A DNA stretch of 64,000 bases from the human T2T-CHM13v2.0 reference genome, Homo sapiens, in NCBI RefSeq assembly GCF_009914755.1, contig NC_060928.1; one strand, written 5' to 3'. Below are positions 1 through 14,270 of this stretch, piece after piece. The notes below the pieces were generated by a model. The model saw only the letters and a list, made by a program, of their open reading frames with translations. It made no database searches and was not told the origin of the DNA. Each line of letters starts with the position of its first letter. Positions within the stretch are counted from its first letter, which is position 1. A program made the position numbers and the translations under genes.

Positions 1-349
1 TTTCTGGTGATCTCACCATTCCAGATTAGAACACATTAGTCTGAGTTGGCTAATAAATCCTACAGCCCATCTCTAGCAAATGTGTATCGACTTCCCGCAA
101 GTCTTTGGATCTTGCCCAATTTATGTTTGAATTCTTTGATTGTTGCATTACCCAAATTACCAAAAGACTCAATAACCTCTAAATGCCAGCACAAATGCAA
201 AGTGACAGTTTACTTGAATGTTTTAGAATCCTATATGTTCCCACAGAAGGAGCTCATAGTCTTTTATCAACAGAAACTCAATTTATTGATTAATTGCTGA
301 GAAATTAGGGGGCAACAGAAAATAGACTTATCAATCTACCATGTGCTAT

Positions 350-1464
350 TGCAGGCACGTGGCGTGGGACTGGCGGGTAGCTCCACCTGCAGCCCCGGCA
401 TGGGATCCACTAGGTGAAGCCAGCTGGGCTCCAGAGTTGGGTGGGGACTTGGAGAACTTTTATGTCTAGCTGGAGGATTGTGTATGCACCAATCAGCACT
501 CTGTGTCTAGCTCGGGGTTTGTAGATGCACCAATCAGCACTCTGTATCTAGCTACTCTGGTGGGGACTTGGAGAACTTTTATGTCTCACTAGAGGATTGT
601 AAATGCACCAATCAGCACTCTTTGTCTACCTAAAGGTTTGTAAATGCACCAATCAGTGCTCTGTGTCTGGCTAATCTAGTGGGGACTTGGAGAACTTTTA
701 TGTCTAGGGAAAGGTTTGTAAATGCACCAATCAGCACCCTATGTCTAGCTCAAGGTTTGTAAATGCACCAATCAGTGCTCTGTGTCTACCTAATCTAGTG
801 GGGACTTGGAGAACTTTTGTGTCTAGCTAAAGGATTGTAAATGCACCAATCAGCACTCTGTGTCTAGCTCATGGATTGTAAATGCACCAATCAGCACCCT
901 GTCAAAATTGACCAATCAGCTCTCTGTACAATGGACCAATCAACTCTCTGTACAATGGACCAATCAGCAGGATGTGTGTGGGGCCAGATAAGGGAATAAA
1001 AGCAGGCCTCTTGAGCCAGCAGCGGCAACCCACTCAGGTCCCCTTCCACACTGTGGAAGCTTTGTTCTTTTGCTCTTTGCAATAAATCTTGCTGCTGCTC
1101 ACTCTTTGGGTCTGCACCACCTTTATGAGCTGTAACACTCACTGTGAAGGTCTGCAACTTCACTCCTGAGGCCAGTGAGACCATGAACCCACCTGGAGGG
1201 ATTAACAACTCCAGACGGGAGGAATGAACAACTCCAGATGCACCGCCTTAAGAGCTGTAACACTCACTGCGAAGGTCTGCAGCTTCACTCCTGAAGCCAG
1301 CAAGACCACGAACCCACCAGAAGGAATAAACTCCGAGCATGTCCGAACATCAGAAGGAACAAAGTCTGGACACACCATCTTTAAGAACTGTAACGCTCAC
1401 CGTGAGGGTCCGCAGCTTCATTCTTGAAGTCAGTGAGACCAAGAACCCACCAATTTAGGACACA
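350..1464 (+). mobile_element. ERV9 solo LTR (LTR12 family)
   Basis: TG...CA termini flanked by 4-bp TSD CTAT (346-349, 1465-1468); U3 tandem repeats with 11 CCAAT boxes; GATAA and AATAAA TATA-like box at 995-1000; U5 repeats and terminal AAGAACCCACCAATT..GGACACA typical of LTR12. Confidence 0.93.
441..970 (+). repeat. LTR12 U3 enhancer tandem array (119-bp period, CCAAT/NF-Y boxes)
   Basis: GTGGGGACTTGGAGAACTTTT recurs at 441, 560, 679 and 798; each unit has two GCACCAATCAG; three more GACCAATCA follow. Confidence 0.9.
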
Positions 1465-1566
1465 CTATGTGTTAGGCCTGGCTCAGTAAGTATAAAGAAT
1501 ATGATAAAACTGGATTCTGGAATCTTACAATCTAGTCAGGAAGCAAAGAAAAAGACTTTGCTTTAA

Positions 1567-1868
1567 AGTTGGTGCAGTGGCTCATGCCTATAACCCCAGC
1601 ACTTCGGGAGGCCAAAGTGGGCAGATCACTTGAGGCCAGGAATTGGAGACCAGGCTGGTAAAGTAGTGAAACTCTGTCTCTTCTACAAATAAAAAAATTA
1701 GCTGGGCGTGGTGGTGCACACCTGTGGTCCCAGCTACTCAGGAGGCTGAGGCACAAGAATTGCTTGAATCTGGGAGGCGAAGGTTGCAGTGAGCCGAGAT
1801 GGCACCACCGTACTACGGTCTAGACAATAGAGCAAGGCCCTGTCCTAAAAAAAAAAACAACAAAAAAC
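1567..1868 (+). mobile_element. Alu SINE
   Basis: Alu dimer with A tail; TSD ACTTTGCTTTAA. Confidence 0.95.
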
Positions 1869-1974
1869 TTTGCTTTAACATAAAGCTCACCACCTAGAAT
1901 GTCTTCTAATTTTTTTATTTTTGTTTCTTCTAGAATGTCTTTTAATTTTCTTATTTTTGTTTTTTCTCCTATAA

Positions 1975-2900
1975 AAATGCATTCAACAAATTCATTTAAG
2001 AAATATTTGTTGGCTTCATATGATCATGTGCCAATCACTGATGCTAGGCAAATACGGCTCCTACTGTCATAGACCTTTTTAGTGAAGAGAGACAATACAC
2101 AAACAAATCATTGTTTTAGACCATAACAAATACTATGAAAACAATAAGCAAGGTAACATGGAGAGTGACTGGGGTGCCATGTTAATTGGGTGGTCAAGGA
2201 ATGCCTCTCTGATGTGGTGACATCAACTGAAGTCTCAGACAAAAAGCCACGTTGAACATCTGGAAGAACAGTGGTCTAGAAGAGGGAACAGCAATTGCAC
2301 AAGCCCTGGGCCCAGAAGTAAATTAGCTTGTCCCAGGAACAAAATGAGTATTAGTTACTAATACTGATTATCTCAGGGATTTATTTGGTTCTATAAAGAC
2401 TTACAAGCCAACATCTCTGTCCTAAAGGAGCTCTGTAACAGAGACAGACGTAAGTAAAAAAGATCACTATTCAGTGCAAAAGTACATTGCAGTGACAGCA
2501 GTATGGACAAGCTAAGGACTAAGAAGGAAGAGTGATTACTTCTCTGGGGTGTATTTCAGGGAAGGCATCACAAAGGTGGTGATGTAAAAGCAGAATTTTG
2601 AAATATCGTTAGAATTGACAAAGCAGGGAGTAGAGTTGTACTGGGGAAACAGTGCACAGAGAACACTGAGGGCAAAGACCTCCAGGCTGTTTCTTGTTAG
2701 TGAACCCTGAAATAGAAGAAAGTGACGCTCAAAAGGCACAGGCACCACCAGGCCATGATGGGCCTTATATTCGGTGCATGACTGGAGCTATCAAAAGACT
2801 CCAAGGAAGGAAACACAGCGTTGGATTCGTTTCACGTGACTGTCTCCCTTAAGTATGTCTTCGGGAGAATAAATGTTAAATGATAAAGTGGCAAAGGGGC
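1975..2900 (-). mobile_element. L2 LINE relics
   Basis: ATTCAACAAA..ATATTTGTTG..TGTGCCA 3'-end motif followed by degraded purine-rich L2-like sequence; bounds approximate. Confidence 0.45.
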
Positions 2901-3639
2901 TCAGAAAGAGATGAGAAACCTGAGAGGCTTTGAGGGGTTGACAAATAGTAGGACTGGATTTGCCCACTGTTTAGTCACTAATAACTTGCAGTACATGGCA
3001 CTAATAAATACTTCAGGAAGGAATGTATGAAAATGAGTAAAATGCTGATTGGCTGGGTGTGGCAGCACCATGTCTGATGTGTAGAAGTCGTGAGCCCCCT
3101 CATTAATAGACAGTGATGTGTTGTTTTAATTCTAACAACCCTATATGTAATTCCACTTTTCAGGTGAGAAAAACCGTAGCCTCAGAGAGATCACGGTACC
3201 CTGCCAGAGGTTGTAGAACTTGTTGGAAACTTGGATCAAGAGGGTGTGACAAATAACCAGGTATGCATGCTTAAAAATTACTTTCTACTACTTAGCCTAC
3301 AGGCTCAAAGAATGAAATTATCTCATAAAAGAGATAATTTATAAAGTCGCTCTCAAAAGAGGGACAACAGAGGGTTCCGGAACGTTCCCGCCAGCCGCCA
3401 CGAGAAGACCAGAGAGGTGCATCACAACAGCCCAAAGTCAAGCCTACTCCCAACCCCCTTCCCCGCCATCCAGGGAAGGGGCGGGGCAGGGTTCTTGGTC
3501 CGCCGCTGTCGCCTGCGCAGTCGCAGTGCGGCTCGTGGCCGCAGCTGCCTGAAAGGGCAAAGGGACGAGTATACGCATGCGTCTATTCCTAGGCTGCTGG
3601 CTCTCAGACCCGCAGTGAGGTCTGACGTCATTTCCTGCC

Positions 3640-3836
3640 GTAAGTATACAGTGCCTCCGGGTCGCGGTCATTTTGAGCCCCTGTCTGGATGACTTCTTGC
3701 GGCTGTTCTACCCCTCCCCCTCCCCGCGGTACCTTGCACTTTTCTCCCTCCCTGCCCCCTCTCGAGTCCACCCTCCGGGCCTTCTGCCCCTGATCGCTTG
3801 GTTTTCCTTGCAGTCGCCTGCTGCTGTCGTCGGGAG
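3640..3836 (+). other. OCIAD1: OCIAD1 non-coding first exon (5' end approximate)
   Basis: Donor GAG|GTGGGT at 3836/3837; joins acceptor ATACAG|GAAAGATG at 5207; TSS cannot be fixed from sequence. Confidence 0.7.
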
Positions 3837-3949
3837 GTGGGTGAGGTGACGCAAACAGCCCCGTTGTTGCCCTCCGCGTATCCCCTCACCACCTTTGCGG
3901 CCATCCACGACTTTCGCACCTTCCGCCATTTTCCTGCCTGTGAGGGTGG

Positions 3950-4083
3950 ACAGATCGCGCTCGGGTCTCGGCCTCCTGAGTGCCGGTGACTGCGGGAGGC
4001 GACGGAGTGCTTCTGGGGGTGTGAGCTGGGGAAGTTCGTGGTCACGGATGCGTGTGGGGTTGCTGCTCAGTCTGTAACGGCAG
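3950..4083 (+). other. OCIAD1: Probable alternative non-coding first exon of OCIAD1 (5' end approximate)
   Basis: Donor CAG|GTGGGA at 4083/4084 at the distal end of the CpG island. Confidence 0.5.
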
Positions 4084-5211
4084 GTGGGAGACGGACACTG
4101 GGTGGAGGATGGAGTGCGGTAATCAGCGGTTGTAGGCCGCTTAGGCTTTAATCCAGCGTTGTTTTGTGTAAAGAACTTAAAATGGTATTGTCTTAAGCGC
4201 CGTGTCAGCCCTGACAGTCTTCCTGGTGTTTCTAGGAAGGATGCCGTTATGGGAAATAAGAGGGTTTCATTTTTTCTCATACGGTTGTAGGGTAAAGGTA
4301 GTTTATTCAGCAGGCTCCATCCATCCATGAATTCAGCTGACCTTTTTTATTTCTTTTCTCTAATTAAGGGGTTGGCATGTAGTAGGCCTTCATGGCTTAT
4401 TGACTGAATGAATTATGGAAGGGCTCAGTTGCTGTCCTCATTGTGTATGCCATTTCCTGTTTCCATGCAAATTGTTTTTAAAATGAGAATAATCATGATC
4501 CCACGTAAACGTTCTGTAAAATACGGTTACTTGATCTGTTGGTCTGAGTCCCAATATATGAGTTTTTAAAAAAAGAACCAAATAAAAAATGTATATTCTT
4601 GGAATTTTATGCATTTTTTTCTTATATTCTTGGGGTGGAAGGAAATTTGGAGATACAGAATTTGCTGTTAGTTTTACCTCACAGGGAGAAGGATATGTCG
4701 TCTTTGTTATTCCATAATTTTGGAGTGCTCCTTTGTGGGAGAGGTTGAATGTTTCTGATGATTATTTCATTTTTTAATATGGAAGCTCAGAAATGACTTG
4801 AAATTTTTTTTCTCTTCTATTTTGGGGAATTATCCTAATCATTGGGCATAGATTCGAGAAACGACCAAAACATAGGATGTGAAAGAACCCACTTCCAGGA
4901 GGAAAAAATATGTCTGTTATTTTATTGATATCTTGATAGTAAAAAAAATTATAAACTTATAAAACGCATATGCTTTTTCAATTAAGGGACTTAACCTGAA
5001 TAGTGAGTTCCAAATTAATCAGTAGGTCTGTTACTTTTTCATCTAGCTATTTACATGTGGAGTACGTAAGATATAGTAGTGTTTAATAAATATTTGTTGA
5101 TTGATTGCTGTGTAGACTAGTAGTTTTACTATATCATACGTCTTGATTTACTTTGACCTATCTAGTGATAGTTTCTAATACTTAATATGTAATGTTTTTG
5201 ATACAGGAAAG

Positions 5212-5269
5212 ATGAATGGGAGGGCTGATTTTCGAGAGCCGAATGCAGAGGTTCCAAGACCAATTCCCC
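5212..5269 (+). CDS. OCIAD1: OCIAD1 coding exon 1 (MNGRADFREPNAEVPRPIP)
   Basis: Acceptor AG ends at 5206, ATG 5212, donor GTAACT 5270; matches recalled OCIAD1 N-terminus. Confidence 0.97.
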
Positions 5270-5348
5270 GTAACTATCTATTAAGTATTTATAATTAGAA
5301 GCACTTCCTATGTAAAGGAATTTTCACTGCCTTGAGTAACAGTGGCAG

Positions 5349-5496
5349 GTGGGCTGGCTTCATGGGCATGTGCAGACAGCGCCCCATACTTGGTTTCATG
5401 TTCTAGTCTTGTTATCTTGAAATTCATAATCATTTGGATAAGGAGTCCCACGTTTTTATTTTGCAGTGGGCCCAGCACATTAGGTAGCCAGTCCTG
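5349..5496. mobile_element. MER91-like non-autonomous hAT element
   Basis: GGGCTGGCTTCATGGGC ... GTAGCCAGTCCTG termini resemble recalled MER91A. Confidence 0.5.
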
Positions 5497-5555
5497 ACTA
5501 GCAGATAGTAGCATTAATTCTATTTGAAGTCAAAGTTTGTTGAAAGTGTATAAGT

Positions 5556-5853
<298 letters not shown>

Positions 5854-5987
5854 GTGCATAAGCCAGTTGTTTTATTATTTGAGTTTAAAAAATGGGTGCC
5901 TCTTGTTAATGTTTAGGCTAAGATAATTTTTCAGACCTAGTTTTATTATGGATAATTTAATGTTTTCTGATTTTCCCTGGTAAAAAG

Positions 5988-6068
5988 ACATAGGGCCTGA
6001 TTACATTCCAACAGAGGAAGAAAGGAGAGTCTTCGCAGAATGCAATGATGAAAGCTTCTGGTTCAGAT
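5988..6068 (+). CDS. OCIAD1: OCIAD1 coding exon 2 (HIGPDYIPTEEERRVFAECNDESFWFR; start of OCIA domain)
   Basis: AAAAAG| acceptor, |GTGAGT donor, 81 nt, phase 1-1, in frame. Confidence 0.97.
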
Positions 6069-6584
6069 GTGAGTTCAATTTTCTAATTAATATAATTTGA
6101 TCCAAAATTTGTACCTGAAATTTTGACTTGAATTTGAACCTGAAATTATAATAACTCCGTATAGAACAAATTGGCAAACTTTTTGCATAGTGTGGTTGTT
6201 GTTAAAAGAGATTAAGGAGATAAAGGAATTGCACACATTTTAAAGTAATTATTTCCAGATTTTTAACAAAACCATGAGGTAATTTTGTTGATAATAGTAA
6301 TAGTTAGCATTTACTGTGTGTACATAGATTATATAAAAACAACCCAATAAGGTTGATAACTATTATTACCCTCACTTTACAGGTGAAGGAATTGAGGTTT
6401 AGAGATGTTAAATGGCAACACTTAGTGTTACACAGGTGATAAATTACGATGTTTGGAGTTGAAAACAGGTCTGTCTGAAACAGATTTTACTCTTAATGCT
6501 TTTAACCATTATATAATAGCAGATTAGTTCCCATTTTATCATTGTGAAATGTTGTTATACTACCAGCTCTTGATTTCTGATTAA

Positions 6585-7053
<469 letters not shown>

Positions 7054-7077
7054 AAATTTTTTTTTAAAAAAGGCAAC

Positions 7078-7383
7078 TTGGCACGGTGCCTCATGGCTAT
7101 AATTGCAGCACTTTGGGAGGCTGAGGCAGGAGGATTGCTTGAGCCCAGAAGTTCAAGACCAGCGTGGGCAACATAGAGGGGCCTTGTCTCTACCAAAAAT
7201 GAAAGAAATTAGCTGGGTGTGGTGATACGTAGCTGTAATCGCAACCATTTGGGAGGCTGAGGCTGAGGTAGGAGGATCCCTTGAGCTGGGTACATAGAGG
7301 CTGCTGCAGTGAGCTATGATCACATCACTGCATTCCAGCCTGGGTGACAGAGCCAGACCCTGTCTCAAAGAAAAGAAAAAAAG
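7078..7383 (+). mobile_element. AluJ SINE
   Basis: Diverged Alu dimer, TSD ~AAAGGCAACTT. Confidence 0.92.
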
Positions 7384-7508
7384 GGCAACTTAAGCCATTA
7401 AGGAGGATGTATGTTTTCATCAGTCAGCCTGATATGTATGCTTAAAATGTGCAAGGTACCTGTTGGGAAGATAAGTTTTATGAAAGACAGACTTTGTCCT
7501 GAATTAAT

Positions 7509-7820
7509 TTTCTTTTTTGTTTGTTTGTTTTTGTTTTTGAGACGGAGTCTCACTCTCTTCCCCAGGCTGGAGTGCAGTGGTGTGATCTCTGCTCACGTCA
7601 ACATCCTTCTCCTGGGTTCAAGTGATTCTCCTGCCACAGTGTCCTGAGTATCTGGGACTACAGGCGTGCGCCACCATGCCCGGCTAATTTTTGTATTTTC
7701 AGTAGAGACTGGGTTTCACTATGTTGGCCAGGCTGATCTCGAACTCCTGACCTCAGTTGATTCACCTGCCTTGGCCTCCGAAAGTGCTGGGATTACAGGT
7801 GTGAGCCACTGCGCCTGGCC
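7509..7820 (-). mobile_element. AluS SINE
   Basis: Antisense Alu dimer. Confidence 0.95.
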
Positions 7821-8138
7821 CTGAAGTAGTTTTATATGTGGTGAGACAAAGCTAATACATGAAACACTTAGAGATTAAGTGTGTAACTGCAGAAGACTTT
7901 TTAAAGAGATAAATTAATTAGAATTGACTTACTGAAATTGAAAAATTTGAATAACTTTTGAGATTTTAAAACTCAAAATTTTCTCAAAATTTTACCAAAT
8001 TTCAATTTGGTAAAAACTGAAGCCTCTTACAATTTTACAGTTGTGTTTTTCTGTAACATAAGGTGGAATACCTGAGTTGGAAAAAGACCTTTATTTGTTA
8101 AGCAAACAATACTTTAACAACTTTATAATAGTACTGTA

Positions 8139-8430
8139 GGCCAGGTATGGTGGCTCACACCTGTAATCCCAGCACCTTGGTTTTGTTTTGTTTTTTATTT
8201 TTGTAGATACTAGGTTTTGCCATGTTGCCCAGGCTAATCTTGAACCCCTGAGTTCAAGCGATCTGCCTGCCTTGGCCTCCCCAAATGGTGGAATTTCAAG
8301 CATGAGCCACTGAACCTGGCCCCAGCACATTGGGTGGTTGAGGCAGGAGGATCGCCTGAGACCAGGAGTTTGAGACCAGCCTTGGCAACATAGTGAGACC
8401 CTGTCCCTAATCCCCCAACAACAACAACAA
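8139..8430. mobile_element. Sense FLAM/left Alu monomer interrupted by an antisense FLAM (8181-8320)
   Basis: TSD CCCAGCAC(C/A)TTGG at 8168-8180 and 8321-8333. Confidence 0.85.
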
Positions 8431-9558
8431 AAGAATTAATAGTTAATAAGTAGATAAGTGAAGAGGAAAGGTGGAGTAGCATTTGGAAGAAAGGAGTAGT
8501 GAACAAAGGCAGAGTTTGCAATAACTTCATCTCTGCTGGAGCGGTGAGCCTGAATTGATTGGAACAGAGGTCTTTCATTGAGGATAGAACGTAAAACATA
8601 GTAATGAGTTAAAGGTTTGATCCATTATATCGTTTAGGTTCTTGAGCAGAGGGGGGTGATATGTAAGGTTTTTTTTAAGGAAGGTTAGTTAACAGTGTGC
8701 AAGATGGGTAGAAGGGTGAGAAGTTGTACTTGGTAAAATCTGTTTTGAGCTTTTGGCAGTAACTTAGGCATATATATGTAGTCAACGATGAGATATAGTT
8801 GATTAGTGTGTCATTTGGACTGGAAAAGATGAGCTGGCAACGAAAGACTTTTTAAAGGACAAATAAAAGGATTTTTTAAAAAGTTCGACTAAGGGGGAAT
8901 GAAGGAATGGTAAGAGGGAGGTAATAGCTTTAAGATAACCAGCTTAGGAGACTCAATGATACCTCTGAATAAAAGGTTCATTTAGAAGGAGTTCTTGTTT
9001 GAAGATGAGTTTAGTTCAGACGTTTTGAGTTCATGGTGCAACATTCGATTGTCGAAGATTTCTAAGCAACTACAGATAGAAACAAAAGCATACATGAAAA
9101 ATTAGTTTATTGTGGAGTTGTGTTGGTGAATTCGCCAATAAATTAAGTGTAGAGATAAAAGCATAAAACTGATAATAGTTTCTGCCCTGTGATTAATACT
9201 TAGGATTGATAGAATAAAGGATAAAGTTTGGATAGTACCCATGGATAAGGGAACAAGTGATAGTGAAAGAATCAACAAAGACCAAGAGCAGTTAGGAAGA
9301 TAGAGGAGCTCTGATAGAATCTTTGTCATTTTATCCACCAATATTCAGAGACTTGCAGGTATTTCAAGCTAGAAAGAACCTGAATAAGAATTAGGTGATG
9401 ATGTCCATTTTAAATTTATGATGACTATGCATCTAAAACAGTTATTCTCAACTGGGAGCAGAATAACTGGAACGAGTTGAGAATAATTGTTATAGATGCA
9501 TAGTCATCATAAAGTAAGGGCTTCTATAAAATTTTCATGGCTCATTAGAATGGGAATA

Positions 9559-10177
<619 letters not shown>

Positions 10178-10486
10178 AGAATGGGAAGAATTTCTTAGAG
10201 AACTTGGCTGTATACTCCAGCAACAGTTCTTTTTTTTTTTTTTTTTTTTAAATCTTTGAAGATTATATAGAGTAGATAGGATAAAATGATCTATTTTTAA
10301 GTCTTGATGACACAGGATTAAGAAAAAGGCAAGTGTGATAGAGGGGATTTGGGATTATTGTAGTGTTGGGCTAACGGTTAAATAGATGCTAAGGTGTCCA
10401 GATTTATTTCTGGCTGATAAATGTATGCTGCTGCAGGTGTTTAACAATCTAAATAGCTGTGACAGGTTTATGCCAAAAGTACATTA

Positions 10487-10982
<496 letters not shown>

Positions 10983-11709
10983 TTACTGAGAAATTACAGC
11001 AGCCAAAAAATTACTGTATTAATAGGTAGCATTTCACTCTCAAAACAGATAACCAAGGTGTTGTTGCATATTATAGCATCAAACATTGAAATGTAGAAGC
11101 TTGGTTGTAACCAGATGATAGGAAGTTCAACGTATAATTATCAGAAGGATGATAATCATACATAGGAAATTTTGTACTTTAACATTTGTACTTTCGAATT
11201 AGATAGTCTATGCTGTATGTGACATTTATGTAAACAAATAATGGCATCTGTTACTTTGGAGAGTATCACCTTGGATTAGAAAAAGGTGATAAAAGCATTT
11301 ACGAATTTATAAAAAAGCACTTACTAAGGTAATTTTTTATACATTTTTTAGGTCTGTTAAAATACTTATCCTCTTCTAAAATTAGACTTGTTGATCTAGG
11401 GACCATTCTCTTTCCTTAAGATAACTATGTTTCTATACTGACCTACATTCCATTAATCTGAAATATAACTATGAAGGCATCTTATTTCTAGGTGCTTAAA
11501 ATCGTGACCCTATGCACTGACCTAAAATCACTATGTCTGTGCCCAAACACACAGGTAGTGAAGACCCTGTGCATATAGGGTCAGTTTATTGCATATTCAT
11601 GTTAAAATAGTTCTCAAACTCCAGAATTACTAAAAAGATGTATCAATTCATATTTGTATCAGCTGGAGTCTATGAATAATATTTCATATATGTGTACTAC
11701 TAGTTTTCA

Positions 11710-12070
<361 letters not shown>

Positions 12071-13214
12071 TCAAATCCCAGCTCCACACACAGTAGCTGT
12101 GAGATTTTGGACAAGTTCCTGAGGTCTGTGCTATACTTTTCTTATCTATAAAATGGGGATAACTGCCTAGCTCATGAAATTATTATAGGGATTAATGCAA
12201 TTTAATTAAGTGTTGGCTATCTTTATTAAATAGCTATTAGTGTTATTATGATTAATGAAATAAAAATTTTTATTGACTACAGTTAGGAATATAGAGTAGC
12301 TTTTTGTTACTGTGAGGGGAGAAGAGTTCAAATAATTGTAGGGATTCTTGTATATATTGAATATAGTTTGGGACTGTGGTAATAATGTGCACTAGGTTTT
12401 GGTCAGCAGTATTACTGATTTGCCTATAGAGACAGATTATTTAACAAAATAGATATTACATACTGTAGTGGAAAAGGCCACTGACTAGGGAGTCAGGAGA
12501 CTTGGGTTCTGATCTCAGCATTACCACAAACTAACCAGCTGTGTTGCTTTGAGCAAATGACTTGTCTTTTCTGGATATTAGTGTACTCAGATTGGAATGA
12601 GGACTAGATAATCTCTGAAGCCTCTTTCAGTCTTACCATTGTCTTTTTCTGTGACATAAAGTAGAATACCTGAGTTGGAATGAGACCTTAGGTCTAATCC
12701 ATTATTCCTTTATAGCATGAGAAGAAGCTATGCAAAGACATTGTGGTGAATGGCAGAACTAGTACTAGAATCTCCTCGAACAGACTATTACTCTGCATTA
12801 AATGGGGAAAGCATTATCCATTGTAGAAATGGCCAGCTAACTCATTGCCTTTTATTCTTATATGATTCTTCAGTGCTTCATGTTGCAATCCTTGAGTCAA
12901 GCTGGAGAAAAATGATTGCAAATTGTAGTGGTGCTGTAATTAAAAGGGATTTGTCCTTTGCAAAACCTTAAATGATAAATGATAATGCATGAAGGCATTC
13001 TAACTAGCCAACATTAAAGAAACCATATTTCCAGCAAAGGTAAAATCTGTTAGTAAGTAGGATAGCATGAATTCAGACCTTAGCGTTTGTGCAATTTGTG
13101 TGTGATGGCAAAGTTAATGCCCTATTCCAAAGTGATGGATTTTAATCATGAAATCTGTAATAATTCAAATGTCTTAATTACTTTGGTTCTTAAATTGTCC
13201 ATATATGGTTTAGA

Positions 13215-13860
13215 CCAGAGTTGAACAAACTAGCCCATGGACCAAATCTGTTTTTGTATGCATGAGCTAAGAATTGTTTTTACATTTTTAAATGGTTAAG
13301 AGGCTGGGTGCAGTGGCTCACGCCTGTAATCCCAGCACTTTGGGAGGCTGAGGTGGGCTGATTACTTGAACCAAGGAGATCGAGACCAGCCTGGGCAACT
13401 TGGCGAAACCTCATCTCTACAAAAAAAAAAAAAAAAAAGAAAAAAGACAAAAAATTAGCCAGGCATGGCGGTGCATGCCTGTAGTCCCAACCACTTGGGA
13501 GGCTGAAGCAGGAGGATCATCTGAGCCGGCAGGTTGAGGCTGCAGTGAGATGAGATTGTACCACTGCATTCCAGCCTTGGTGATAGAGTGAGACTTTGTC
13601 TAAAAACATAAAATAAGATAAAATGGTTAAGAAATCAAAGGAAAAGAATATTTCATTACGTGTGAAATTACATGAAATTCATATGTTTGCATCTAAAAAT
13701 AAAGTTTTGTTGGAACACAGCTACGTTCATGTGTTTTTGGATTGTCTTTCGGTGCTTTTGCTTTAAAACGGCAATTGAGTAACTGGGACAGAGATTGGCT
13801 CACAAAACCCAAAATATTTACCATCTGGCTCTTCATAGAACGTGTTTGCCAACCTCAGGT
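13215..13860. mobile_element. MER58B-like hAT-Charlie element interrupted by a sense AluJ (13302-13620)
   Basis: GAGCTAAGAATTGTTTTTACATTTTTAAATGGTT and AAAATATTTACCATCTGG..TTTGCCAACC motifs; Alu TSD AAATGGTTAAGA. Confidence 0.75.
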
Positions 13861-13929
13861 CTGGAACAGCACTGTCCAGTGTGGCAGCCAGTAGTCACAT
13901 GTAGCAATTTAACTTTAAAATAACTTGCA

Positions 13930-14270
13930 GTGAAAGGATATAAAGCAAAATCATAAAAGGAAAGGGAGCATGGGGTGAAGTCCGGCGGAAACCAGGTCCC
14001 AAGAGTTCTCTTCCCAGGGAGTGTAAATTTCTCCAACAGCTAGTCATAACAATGTGTGAAGTTGTATCTACCCGGGGAACTCATTAGAGACTCAGTGCCC
14101 ACAGTTTTTATTGGGGGCTGGTCACTTATTCACCCTCTGCCTAACAGGTACCAAAATTCCAGACTCCTAGAATGAAAGCAGATGTTTGGCATGAACTGTA
14201 TTTGTACAAACAGTTTGGGCACAGTGAGCCAATTACGCATATCAATGGGGGGAACTGTTTACCAGTCAAG
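13930..14270. mobile_element. MER21-like LTR fragment
   Basis: CTCATTAGAGACTCAGTGCCC..TTTTTATTGGGGGCTGGTCAC..CCAAAATTCCAGACTCC matches recalled MER21. Confidence 0.6.

Larger units (their letters stand above)
3350..4250 (+). promoter_or_regulatory. OCIAD1: CpG-island promoter and 5'UTR exons of OCIAD1
   Basis: GC- and CpG-dense; GC box ~3478-3487, NRF1-like palindrome ACGCATGCGT ~3573-3582, perfect CRE TGACGTCA 3623-3630, YY1 CCGCCATTTT 3923-3932. Confidence 0.9.

Noticed and set aside
441-970. Regular repeat array resembling CRISPR
   Set aside because: The intervening sequences are themselves repeated rather than unique, it lies inside an LTR12 with TSD, and there are no cas genes
891-1427. 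ORFs of 105 and 67 aa near the window start
   Set aside because: Standard translations of LTR12 R/U5 repeats
3417-4328. Overlapping ORFs up to 206 aa on both strands
   Set aside because: Expected stop-codon depletion in a CpG island; no recognisable domain
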